From Magallana gigas (lineage: Eukaryota), in NCBI RefSeq assembly GCF_963853765.1, contig NC_088858.1, positions 10,850,001 to 10,914,000 of the forward strand: a stretch of 64,000 nucleotides of DNA. Direction: 5' to 3'. Position 1 is the stretch's first letter. Each line of letters starts with the position of its first letter. Below the pieces are notes generated by a model that did not search any database, had not been told where the DNA came from, and worked only from the letters and a program-made list of their open reading frames with translations. This document shows positions 51,819 through 64,000 of this stretch, in pieces. The translations under genes were made by a program, and so were the position numbers.

Positions 51819-54175
51819 ATGTGTGAACCTGAAGCAGTTCTGATTATACAAACAGGAGGTAAAACATTTTAAATCTAATCTGAAATTTTATTTTTTGCTA
51901 GTGCAGCTTAGTCGGTAGATATTAAAGCCAATTTTATTCCGTAATTCATATTAGAGTATTTTAGAATAGGGCACATGTCACGTGCATAGTCATGTGTCTG
52001 AAATGAATGAGGGCGGATAGGTTCTGTCAAATCACTGGAATCGGAATGTGTAATTTTCAGAATTTTTTGAGTGTGCATGGGTACATTATATATTTCTCAA
52101 GTTATTTAACATTATAAAAGTAAATTTCAATACAGTTCCAGCACTTTTTTCTCCTCTCTTCTATAAGCTGTTTTCTATAAAAAAAAAAATATGCATGTCT
52201 TTGACTGACCTACGCTGTACACCGTCTCAGTGCCGACAGAATTTAAATTACTTCATATAAAAAAATCAATCGCGGTTTGTTTTTTTCAAATGACCTGTTT
52301 TACAAAGTTGTATTTTAATTAATAGCCGTGCCTTTAAATTAAGTCAAAATATAAATGTTTAGTTCTTTTTTAAACATAAAAAACACAGTACAATCGAACA
52401 CTCTCTCAGTCGAGAAATCGAGTCCACAAATCAACGAGGCACACACGTATACTACCAAGCACGGTATGACAATATGATTTGTGATATCAGTACAGAAAAA
52501 TACACACAAACAAACATTTTTCCCCATCAGATACGGATTTATCAGACCGATTTATAAAATGAAAAATGTGTTAAAATCGGAAACATTTTTTTTTTAGAAA
52601 GTAAAAAATAATATTTTGTTCAAACGAGTTAGAATATCTCGTTATGTAACTTGCCATAACGAAGAAGATATCTCGTAGGGACGATTTAAAAAAGTGCATG
52701 TATATGTATATAACTATATATTCTCTTTTTTAATAACTTTATCAAAGTGTTAATTTTTCGAATAATTAAATATTATATGGTGATTTTGGCCGTAGTGTGG
52801 TCAAATCTAATAAAGCCCTTCGTAATTAAATTATGTAAAATAAGTAATAAGGAATTATTCTTGAATACAGTATTATGTGATAATTTCGGCCGTAGCATGA
52901 TCAAATCCAATCAAGCCTTTCAGGCTTGATTGGATTTGACCACGCCCCCACCAAAATTATAACCTCATGCAAAGAATGATTCCTTATTCCCTAATCAATC
53001 GTTATATAGAAAGATTTATTCAACGCGTTATATAGCAAGTCAAACACGCATAAGTTAGTCGTTTAACATCTCACAAAATTATTTTATTATCTCATTATAA
53101 TACCGCCTCAAAAATGAATTTATCTTGCTTAACTTTAAGCATATATAGGAAGACCTTTTCTCTTGTTAAACTGTTTTATATATAAATATACAATATTTTC
53201 TAGATCTGCACATGTTCAAATCCTGGTAAAAGAAAGTATTACATGTATCGTTTGAATGATGTATATGCTTACAATTTAAATATTTCCAAGTTAGTATTAC
53301 CATTGCAAGAAATTCAAAAGAAAATCATTTTCATTGCACAACACAAGTATACAATATCTATTTTTTTTTTCAAGGAACAATAGATAAGGACTATCCTAAA
53401 ACCAACCTGGGGTACGCATTTGAGATCGCGCAGCCTGCCGTGCAGCGGATTCTCCCCCGGGCTAGGGTGGGGCCTGACTCTTGTCACGTGATGTCTGTGT
53501 GTCGGAAAGACAGCCAAGACCTAAGGGATCATGACAGGTACACGCCAGTATATGTGAAATATACACGTATTTGGTGAGGATCAAACCTGCATGCAGTGAA
53601 AGTGGGATTTTATTATGGTCATTTAACTTGAAACGTGCGTTATCGATAACACAAGTTTGCAATAACACCAGTTTGCAATTAAAAAAAAAGATGACATATA
53701 TATTTGCATAGTATATTTTTTGTTCCATCTAATACTTGCATATACTTGCATATAATACAAAATAATACAAATACACATGACAGTGTACGTTTAAGTATGT
53801 TCAATCATGTTTTCAAACAAAGTATACGTGAATGCAAATACCGGTATTTCTTTTTTTATCCTCAGAGAGAAGTTAGCGAGCACGTGCATCGATGCTCGTT
53901 CGACGAGAATTCTTATCACCCACGGAACGGATTCTATGATAGAGACAGCAGCCTACCTGTCCAAGAGGGTCACAGACAAAACCATCGTCATCACCGGAGC
54001 CTTCCTCCCCGAAACCTTCAAAGCGACGGACGCCGATTTCAACGTGGGCTTTGCTCTGGGAGTCCTCACTACGCTGTCGGTGACCGGGGTGTTTATTGCG
54101 ATGAATGGACAGGTTTCACTGTGGTCTAAATGTACGCGGAATCCAGACACTGATATGTTTGAGGGAACATTATGA
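51819..54175 (+). CDS. Short-chain (single-domain) bacterial-type L-asparaginase-like protein, 3 exons, 170 aa
   Basis: Exons 51819-51858, 53375-53537, 53866-54175 (513 nt, phases 1 and 2 consistent). Motifs QTGGTIDKDY, CRKDSQD, ILITHGTDSMIETAAYL, KTIVITGA, DADFNVGFA, GVFIAMNG. Confidence 0.93.
52845..52993. repeat. Palindromic MITE-like repeat with a perfect central hairpin
   Basis: 18-bp arms tcaaatccaatcaagcct / aggcttgattggatttga (52901-52939), with aataaggaat..attccttatt ends. Confidence 0.75.
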
Positions 54176-56740
54176 AGATGTTGAACATAATGTATTTTAT
54201 GCAATGGATGAAACAGTAATGAACGATGATATACGATAATTTTAAATTCGAGCGTTAAATTCTACGCAATATGATGCAAGTGCTGGACTTTGTTGATCAT
54301 TTGGTAAAAATCTATTATTCTGTTAAAGAAAAATTCAAGAGGGCTGGGGAATAGGTTCTATTGTTAACTGTGATTCTACTTACCATGTATGGAAAATACA
54401 TTAATAATGTTATATTCTTTAAAGAATTTATTTAAGTACTAGGAAGTTTTTGAGATATGGGGCATGTTTTTCATTATAGCAGCCCTTTCCCCCAAAAATC
54501 CTTTTTTTCTGTCTAATATATCTTGAATACTCTCCAGACCCAAAATCCGTATACTTTCATTCATATGTGATTTACATGCATGTCCTACTGAAATGCATTT
54601 AAAGTGTTACCCCTTTCCATCTTTTTTGTCATAATTAATCATTAAATAATCATAATTTCCCCATAATTAATGCTTCCTTCAGAGGCATTTTCAATTTTTT
54701 TCAGATATGGAGCTCAGTTGTGTATATATCTTTTTACTGATCAGCTAAATCAACCTATCTCAGAAGAATTATATGAACTCTCAGTAGGTGTTATTCCTTT
54801 TAACATTTACCTACGATAAATAACCAAAACGATAAGGCTTTATACACGTGTATGAATAGAATGACTGCATATTAAAATTGTACAAGAATTATAATGAACA
54901 ATTTATAAAATATTCTATTCTGAATTTTGAGGATCCTTTACAGGGTTGTGTTTTATACTCAGGTGACCACTAAGGCCTATTGGCCTCTTGTATACAAAGT
55001 ATAGTACTTGCATAAATGAGAACAGAACTTCGTTTTCAGTATAAATATTTATATAAATTTATATATGTATATAATATAATTTGAAAATAAAATAATTGAT
55101 GTTAGTTGAATAGTGATATACATGACAACACAATAACATATGTAGCAAGTATTGATGTGTGGTTTATGAGGCAGCATTTTGTATTATACACCAATTTAAG
55201 AGTTTTCTAATGAGTCACTCTATAATATTATATTATATAACTTCTACAATCTGTCTGCTATTAACTGATGGATTTTCCATTCTGATTTCGTATAAAAAAA
55301 ACCAATTGTCTACCATCAAACTACAATATAACAAGACCCCATGGTCTCTTCATTTTGGCTTTAACATTCACTATGAAATAATTCTATTTACATGATAGAT
55401 ACTGGCTTTATTGATAAAACCTACTAACAAAACTGTACAAATGTACACATGTATTGCTCTGGACTATCATATTTACAACTTCCTCCACACAGTCAATGCC
55501 GAAACATACGAAGCATAAACAGAGTATTTTTACAAACATTTATCTTAATGGAAGTTCACAGAACAAAATCAGATCTCTAAAAGTTTGCATTGCACACCTT
55601 TTTAACAATTTGTTCTTGAACTGTAACAGACAACACAGTTCTGTTGCATGTTCCCAGAATTCTATTTTTGTGTTCAAATTCAGCAGTTATGTAATTGCAA
55701 TGCAAGCCGGAAGCACTTTGTGGAGACATTCAATGTTTGGATATGCATCAATGAGACGATTAATTCTTGCGACCATTCACGGCAGCCAATATAACTACAA
55801 TGTATTTGTCTAATACATGTATTATAGAAAATTAACATGTAACAGAATGATAATAAAACAAAATCATACTAAATTTTGCATATATATGAATTCTTAACAG
55901 ACAACCTCATCAAAAACAAAGAATTTTTCAAAAAATGGAAGCACTATAATGCTGTATATAATATATTTATATTCAATTTGATTAACATAACAAAACAAAG
56001 ATTTCAGAAAAGAACTGATTCATAAAATAAAGGTATTCTAAGTAAAAATGAAACTATCGATAACTGACAATCTGTTCCAAACACCATGTCATTCATGATG
56101 CAGTACATACATTTTAGTATAGAAATGGACTGAAGTATTTTTGGATATTCATCCTGAATATACATGTACAGTAGTTTCTTGCTTTTGATTTAATGAATAT
56201 ACCAGTAATTACAAGTTACAAAACATGGATGGTACAATAAAATGATATGTATTTAAGAAAGCCAGTATATTTGAATACATGTTGGTTAAGCTTCATGTGT
56301 TCTACCAAAACATCAGTAAAAATCAGAGCATTTGTAAATGGTCCATACCAAAATCACAAGGTAGATCAACCAACCCGAATGTCAATGATCACAGATAGGG
56401 TACATGAGATCTTGGTCAATATAGAGGTGTTGTAAGTACAAATGTAAACATCGGTTACTTTTGTAGAAATGGACATTCGTAAATGAGTCGACTGGTTTGC
56501 CCACTAAGTAATTCACTGTACTAGTGTATAGATTTTGTATAAACGCAATAAGAAGCAAACCGAACATTTTGTGCATGTTTAACTTAGCCTCGTCAATTTT
56601 GCTTTGAATATTTGTGTTTGTCTTTCTGTTTGGTCTGAAACTGCCTTTAGTCATCATATTTCAGGTCAAAGTTTTGAAGATGGACCTGTCACTTGAATCA
56701 ATTGTTTGGTAGCAATTTGGATTCTTTGTCTCTGAGAATA

Positions 56741-59700
56741 CTAATGGGCCTCGGATTTTTTGTCTTTTTTATGTTTTTTATGTTCTTCGTGATCCTTGTC
56801 CTTCTTCTTCTTGAATCGACTAAACATGCCCTTCTTTTTCTTCTCCTCCCTGTCCCCCCCATCATGATCCTCCATCATCATGGCGGGCTCAGACATCGGA
56901 CGCTCCTTCATCGGAGAGCTCTTTGTTCTTTTCTAAATGATAGTAATTACCAGGAAAAATTAAAATGCATATCAAATCTATTCAAGAAGTAAAAGATTTA
57001 ATCAAAATGGCAAATGCATTAATCAACCTTAATTAATGGTAAACGGTAAAATAATTAATCTTAACAATTTCAAAAATGCTTACCTTAATGTCATCTGTGA
57101 ATTGATCTGAAAAATAAAATAAAGGATTAAATTTTGTAATATAAGGATAAGAAAATTAAGCTTAAACTGATACATACTGCATTTCTCTCTAAAAAAAAAA
57201 AAGTTGTACATTTGTATTCTCAAATCCCTACACAACTCTATTCTATATGGGGATTCCATGGGTTGTTTTAAAACAGTTTGTTCTGTGGTGCAGTGACTTT
57301 GCTCTGAAAGTTTTGTGACAAGTACATGTATACCGCATGCGATGGTGACATACACTGTATTACTGGTATCATCTGTGACAAAATCGTGAACATAAATAAG
57401 GCCCACCTACTTTACCTCAATTGTTGATTCTAAATAGAGACATGAAATGTAGTTTTAACTTTTAAATCCCTTTCCAAAATGTTTACATCATCACTTAAAG
57501 GAAAATATGAACACCGTCAAGATTCACATGGGTTTCCTTTATTACAACTCAATTGAGGATTTAAAATTTTTAATTAAAACTTCCGGTATAAATATTAAAT
57601 TGTTTATTAGAGAGTTGAACACAATTAGCATTTATTGATTTAAAAAAAATCTAAATTGAGACTGGCCGCAAAACCATAAGTTCCCCCTGCAATTGCTCAG
57701 TAGTTTCTTGAAAATTTAAACTGCACTGAATTGACTAGCACTAAACATATTTATACATATATATAAAAAAGAACACATCACAAGCTGGTACTGAACACAA
57801 GACAAATCAGACAGTTGACTCAACTATGCAGTAAATAGTGTAACTCCTACAAGAATGCTTGAATATTTTATATTATGCAAGTTTCCACAATAACTGTAAG
57901 TTATTATGAGTTGAGCTTAATTATAGCTAATGGATGAAAAGATGATTTATATAAAAATTAAACCAAATGTACAGCAAAAATTCAATACATGATCCCATAA
58001 ATGTCACCAGGTAACTAACTCACCTGTAACCATATACCTTTTATGACAAGAGTGAGAGTAACTTACCTTCATCCCCGTTCATTCTTCCATGTCCCCCATT
58101 GTGTGGAGGGGAAACGAAGGAATGGTCCGTCAACTCCTCTTCACCTGTGTAAGTAAAATTCATGAATTAAAGAAAAAGACAGAACCAATTATGAAAATAA
58201 ATGTGTGAAAATTGTTTTTCCTAAGTAATACATGTGTAACAGGATGGGAAATGATGGACCAGACCAGGATTTGAACCCAGGCCCCCTGAATCTCTAGTCA
58301 GGTGCTCTACCAATTAAGCAATCTGGCACCGATATTCAAACTAGTCTGACCGTCACACGTGTATCATCATACTCCGAGTCTTATCTGTTCAACAGCAAAG
58401 ACACTGCAGAGCATGATTAGGAATTATAATCACAATGCAAGTAAATCAATCTCTAAAGCAAAATGTAAGAGGAAAAAATATTTGGCTGAAAAAAAAACAC
58501 CCCAAATCTAAATAAATTACTGCCTCACACATACCTGAGGATTGGTGATAACTCCCTCCACTAGTGGTTCGTTGTCTTACAGGGGTCGTGTTGTTTTCAG
58601 CATGGAAGCTTCCCGAGCGGTCCACACTGTCGTTGTGGGCTTGGTGGCTGGGTATTGGAGATCCTTTGTCGGGGGAGGGCTTTCCTTGCATGATCTGGGC
58701 TACATCCTCCTCGTGGAATTCCTGAGATTCTCTGTGTGCTGCCATGGGGGACACACTGCGTCCCCGCTCTCCCTCCGGACTGGCCGATCTGTGTAACACA
58801 GCCGCATGATGTTCATCAGGTGCTTGTGCTGTGTAAAACAAAATATCGAAAATCAGTATTATTATACGTACATGAATAAATAAAAAAAAAAAATTTCCTT
58901 TATGTAAGACCTTGAAGAATTACCAAATTGATGTCAAATATCAACAGTTGAATTAAATTCAATATATAATTAGTTTAATGTTATTAAAATTCATAACAAT
59001 TAAATTAGTTAAATTTGAAGTCACTCCAAAAATTAGACCAGGAACAAGCTCACTCCAAGCTGTGTGATGGGATGGGAACAAAAACAAAGCATGTAGAGCA
59101 GCATCTTTTATCTCCATATTGGCCCTCCATTATTACTTGCCTCTGTTCCAAAGCGACACCGAGGAGGTTCAAAGCAAGCCAATGCAAACTTATATGCAGT
59201 TATCCAATCTTATTATCCATACCAATATTACCACGGGCTTTTTCTTTTCATATCAACATGCATGATAGTTATATGGCTTGATAAAAGTCATTCTTCAAAA
59301 TTGTTTATATCACTAAAACAATTAATTTCTCAGTTTTTTTTCTCAGTGCTTTTTATGTGTGCAATGTACAGGGAAATTCAAAATAATTGTTCATACTATG
59401 AAGGAAATTCTAAGGAAATATTCTTTAATATAGGACTGTGTTCACAATGTTGTGTTTATGGTTAAACAAGGTGCACTGTACTGGGTATGAAATTCCACTT
59501 AGTCCTTAGGCTAAAAGATTTCTAACAATTATAAACTACAAACAGAGATACAGTTCTGTTACTATATTTATAGTAGTTGAGCCTCTAGTTTTAATGCATT
59601 AGTTCTACCTAAAAAGTCTCAGTTTTTTTTTTAATCCTTAACCCATAGGACAGATTAAGAGCAAAAGATTGCTTCAAAATGTTGGAAACACACATATCTA

Positions 59701-62465
59701 AATGAAAAAGCTGCAAAGAGAAGTTTTCTGACGATTTTGTGTTATAGTTCAATTAATAAAAGCTGAAAACAAAGAAATTGGTTGAAAATTAAAGCTTGTT
59801 AGTAAACAAGTAAGAAAAGCAGCAAACATTCCCAGAATTCCATACCCGTGAATGGAAAATGACGGGGAAAAATACCACAAACAAAAAGAAACATCCAAAA
59901 GTAATGGAATGGAATCAGGTGCAATCTGAAAAGCTGTCTAAAACCAGAAAAACTTGTGTAGCCTTTTACTTGATGTCTAAATCAATACTATAGACATAAA
60001 ATATGTATGCATTTTCTGCACATTTAATATTAGTCCCATGTTTTCTATCACTACTCAGTCTACTTAATTCTAAATTGTACTGATACAGTTGAACAATTAA
60101 GAAAGTGTAGCATGAGAGCCAATTTGACCAGAAAATGTGGAAAGCAGGTTCCTGGCAACATATTTTGTTAAAAATTAAGTTTAAAAAAGAAAACCATCTC
60201 ATAAAACATATGTCAATGAATTAGCAATTTAATAATGTGTCAAGTTACAAAACAAGCTGAAACTACTGAATTAAGTGCTGGCCACACAAGTTTTATTTAG
60301 GAAAAATGCAAAAAGTGACGAAAAGCATTGAAAGGCACAAACTCTAACGTGAAAATTCACCTCCTCCTTCGTCAACCGCTAAATCCTCGGGCGGTTGTTC
60401 AGAACTACGAAAAAATTCCAGGTCAGCATGGGATGGAGATTGAACTGAAAGCAACCGTACACATTATGGGAGCAGTGTGATATGGACCAGTGTATATAAA
60501 AGAATTGACGCCACACTCGTTCTTTGTGCAGTATGTCTTTTATATTATTCAAAATAAAGTTTGCTGATACATGTAGCAGGTTTTTGGAAGCTTTTCTCCA
60601 TGAGAATTGCTTCAATTGCACATGCGCTATTATCATTTAGAGCAGCACAAGGAAAATCATAACTGCTAGAAAGAGAGGAAAGATCGATATTTGTAATGAA
60701 TTTAAATGAAGAAGTACTATTCAGATATTTCTATAGAAAATGGATGGCTATCTTTGACTAATTCATATCATGGGATATCACTGCATGTTTCTAACATCAC
60801 ACAATCTGTGCAAGTTAATTAGCTCATTAAGCAGTCAACTATTCCAACAGATGTACAGATTTAGCCTCGTTAATAGTATTTTGCTTATTTATACTCTGTA
60901 TTTCCTACAGGTATATATATGTATATAGTAGAGTTAGTGTGTGAATCACATCAGGTATGACCCCTCTGTCAAATATCGTGAAAAATTAATTTACATAGTA
61001 TATATATATATACACAATACAAAAAGATATAGTTTACCAAGTACACAAAACACTTCTACTGAAGTTTTGAATTTACACTTCAAAGATTAGATTTGTACAT
61101 TATATATATATATGGTGTGTGTGGCTAAATATATCCAGCTGGTAAATACGCCTCTACATGTCTATATACCTGCGTAATGATTAACTTTGGCGATCCATTC
61201 CTTCATGTCGGATGCAGAGGCTGCCTCTAACAGTGACTCAGCGTTATCAGCACTCTTTAGTCTGAGAACGTTCTTCTTTTTATGATAATCAGAGGCCACA
61301 TCACAATAGGCATTGTAGATGAACACAGGAGGAGTAGCTGGAATTTTCTCTGCTGCAGCTTTAAAAAGAAAAAATTGCCCGTTTTTTAATTTGTTCCGAG
61401 TTTTTAATAGTCTCCTCGTGAGTATCCTATGCAATAATTTTTGATGCACATGTTGATTGTAAATGCATACAGCTATTCATAGGTTCCTTCAAAATCTAAT
61501 AAATGTATTCTACCAATATCTGGCCCTCCAAAATATAAAGAATCATAAATATATTACAAAATCTGTTCATTTACTATCATCATCTTTTGAAGACTTCAAC
61601 AAACTTTAAAATCCAGAGCACCAAGTAAATTCCCAGAATACTTACCCTCCTTGTCTTTGTAGAAAACTAGAACCTGTCCGTATAACACCATGTAATAGTT
61701 CTTCCACGATCGTATCGTCGCACGCTTTCCACCACTTTGTAATTCTACCTTCCTCTCCACAAACCCCTCAAAATCAGGGGGAGGTAAGTTCTCCGGAAGC
61801 TTGTACTTATCCTTGAAACTCCTTGTTCTTCTTCTTAAATTAAAACTAGGAGTCCTCTTTTTCTTTTTATCTTCATCTTTTAAGTGTTCTACACGTGATT
61901 GCTTTGGACTAACAGGGGGAGTTAACTTCTCCTTTTTATGTAAGTCACTAGATGGCGTAACAGGCGCCACCTGAATTTCGGGAGGAGGCATATGTGGTAA
62001 GTGTGGTGCATCCTCATCAGTCGGAGTCACAGTTTCAACATTCGCTGATGTAACATTTTCGTTTGGATTGACAATGCCCTCGCCTTGTCTGAATTCATAG
62101 GCCTTCTGTAACACAGGCGGTGGGGATATAGCCCCATCTCCTCGCTGCTTGAAACTTATTGCTCTCTTCACTTCAGCTCTACTGGTTGATCGACCAATCA
62201 AGTTTTTAACTGTGTTGGTGTCCAAACGTTCGTCCCTACAAAGAAAATGGTCAATAGTATAAACAAATTCTATTGAACTGTTTTTGTGATGTGTGGTGTT
62301 ATATGAAATTTAAAACACCTATATATATGCTAGCTAATAATCCATCGTCTATTCAATGAGCAAGTCTTACTTTTTGTCCTCATCACTTTCTGATGAGTCG
62401 GCACCTTTCTGTCTCCTTAGCAACACCTCCCTAGCTTTGCGTTGCTCTTCTTCCCTCTTCCGTTC
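56741..62465 (-). CDS. SPTBN5: 3' end of beta-heavy spectrin (SPTBN5/karst-like), including the PH domain; upstream exons not located in the window
   Basis: Exons 62465-62371, 62235-61646, 61358-61170, (60444-60361), 58828-58535, 58144-58067, 57106-57084, 56932-56741, all phase-consistent. PH domain FEGFVERKVELQSGGKRATIRSWKNYYMVLYGQVLVFYKD...YHKKKNVLRLK...LLEAASASDMKEWIAKV is of the beta-H type, and the tail KKKGMFSRFKKKK is basic. Confidence 0.85.
58242..58331 (-). mobile_element. tRNA-derived SINE head
   Basis: The minus strand reads gccagattgcttaattggtagagcacctgactagagattcagggggcctgggttcaaatcctggtc, with A- and B-boxes but no proper acceptor stem. Confidence 0.7.
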
Positions 62466-64000
62466 CTTTAAAACAAATACTCCAAATATTACCTCACAAT
62501 ACAACATGATAAAAGTGTAAAGCACACAATTGGTTATGATATGTCCAAGACATAATTATATTAAACAACAATCAGAGTTAAGTCCTCATAGACAAATAAG
62601 CTATTTTGCCGATTTCAATTCTTTATTTTTCAGTTATTGAGTAGGTATAACAAGGACCCCAGAAATGGGTTTATTTTCTCACCACCACTGAAACCAGATA
62701 TGATATTCCCTAATTAACATGAAGTTTTCCACCAAACGCATCACCTTCACACCTGACTATCAATACTGGTACTGCTGTATATTCTAAGACACTGTGCCAT
62801 TCATTTACTACTAATTATTTAGCCTGCTCTTTTTTCTGTAGAAGTAAAGCCATGTCCTGCTCTAAACTAGCTGCGCATTTGTCTCCCTTAGATAGAGCCA
62901 CTTTGATTTAAACAAAATTCAGTTAAAGGAGGATGCAGTGACAATGTGATAGTGCTCCGATGCCAAAATGATGCAGTGGTTGCATGACAGTGAAAGGTTT
63001 CATTTAAAATCATAATGTTGAAGGTATGATGCGCTTTTGTACATTTTTGTGATGTCGAAGCATTCTTGCATTATCACATCTTACTACATATTTTGTACAA
63101 TGATATACCACTGTCAGAGTGGCCCCATCTTAATTCAGCTCTCCCTGAACAAACTACATATAAAATGCCGATACATGTATCACATTTCTTTAAATTGAAT
63201 TCTAACAAATGCTCCATGATCAATATTATTTTCATCATTAATTAAAGTATTATCAAAAGTAATAAAATTATGTGCATAATCATACAGCAATAAACAGATT
63301 TTGTATATGGTAATTCATTCAAAACAAAAAAATAAAATCAATGGTTTAAAATATCAAATAACAGAAGTAAAATTACACTGACTCTAAGTGCAAATTTAAG
63401 TTGAGAAAATGACCCCTCCCCAAAATCTCGGTCACCAGATAGATCTTTAGTTGTTACGATAATCAAATAGTTTTTGCTTTAAAAACTTTACTTTTGCATC
63501 AATTAAAGTAAGACCATAAATTTCTTCTTTCATGACAGATAGACTAAATAGATGTTTCTTTTGAATTAAATGACTAGAAAATCTCCTTCAGACTAGAATA
63601 CTAAGCCTAAAGAGAATTCCAAGAATCAATAACTGAATGTTAAGGACAGTCTAATTTTGAGTTAACATGATACAAAGTAAGATTTGTTAAATGAGAAAAA
63701 TTCAAATCTAATTTAATTAAGTTTAATTCAAATGTTAATTTTAGATAGGAACTATCAGAGTCTGTTAAATTCATTGAAAAGTTTATTTACTGACCAATAC
63801 TTCATAAATATCATTATAATTTGATATTACATTGTATTGATTACTAGTATCTGGTAAATCTGAATATAAAACTGCATGTCACTTTTCAAGCATTAACGGC
63901 CAAGAAGCTAGCATTAGAGCCTGCTGATTAAAGCACAATCTTTCTTAATTGCCAAAATTTCACCCTATTTCATACTTTAACTATTACTTTGAAATTTTAA

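Noticed and set aside
62815-62885. Possible alternative terminal spectrin exon (LEQDMALLLQKKEQAK*)
   Set aside because: Weak acceptor with no polypyrimidine tract. Unsupported without RNA data.
63109-63144. 36-nt AG...GT candidate spectrin exon
   Set aside because: Open only in phase 1, while the next exon (62465) starts in phase 0. It cannot be placed without upstream sequence.

Overview
AT-rich eukaryotic genomic DNA with spliced genes. The repeat types (Helentron/HINE, Kolobok-like, tRNA-SINE) suggest a bivalve mollusc, probably an oyster (inference). I reconstructed seven intron-containing genes exon by exon, checking splice phases. In order: a K-dependent Na/Ca exchanger (NCKX/SLC24, minus, 17 coding exons, 591 aa); zinc transporter ZIP9/SLC39A9 (minus), head-to-head with ERH (plus); a Sororin/CDCA5 homologue (minus, 417 aa); CRIPT (minus), head-to-head and only 96 bp from a 170-aa bacterial-type short-chain L-asparaginase (plus, 2 introns); and the 3' end of beta-heavy spectrin (minus). 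Introns hold many non-autonomous DNA transposons, some nested. Top findings: the intron-containing Rhodospirillum RrA-like asparaginase, a horizontal-transfer candidate with Arg at the expected catalytic Lys; a CTCF-like YDF motif in the Sororin; the ERH-SLC39A9 divergent pair shared with human; and exon/5' splice-site junctions amplified into intronic repeats at three loci. No prokaryotic systems, CRISPR arrays or rRNA genes are supported.
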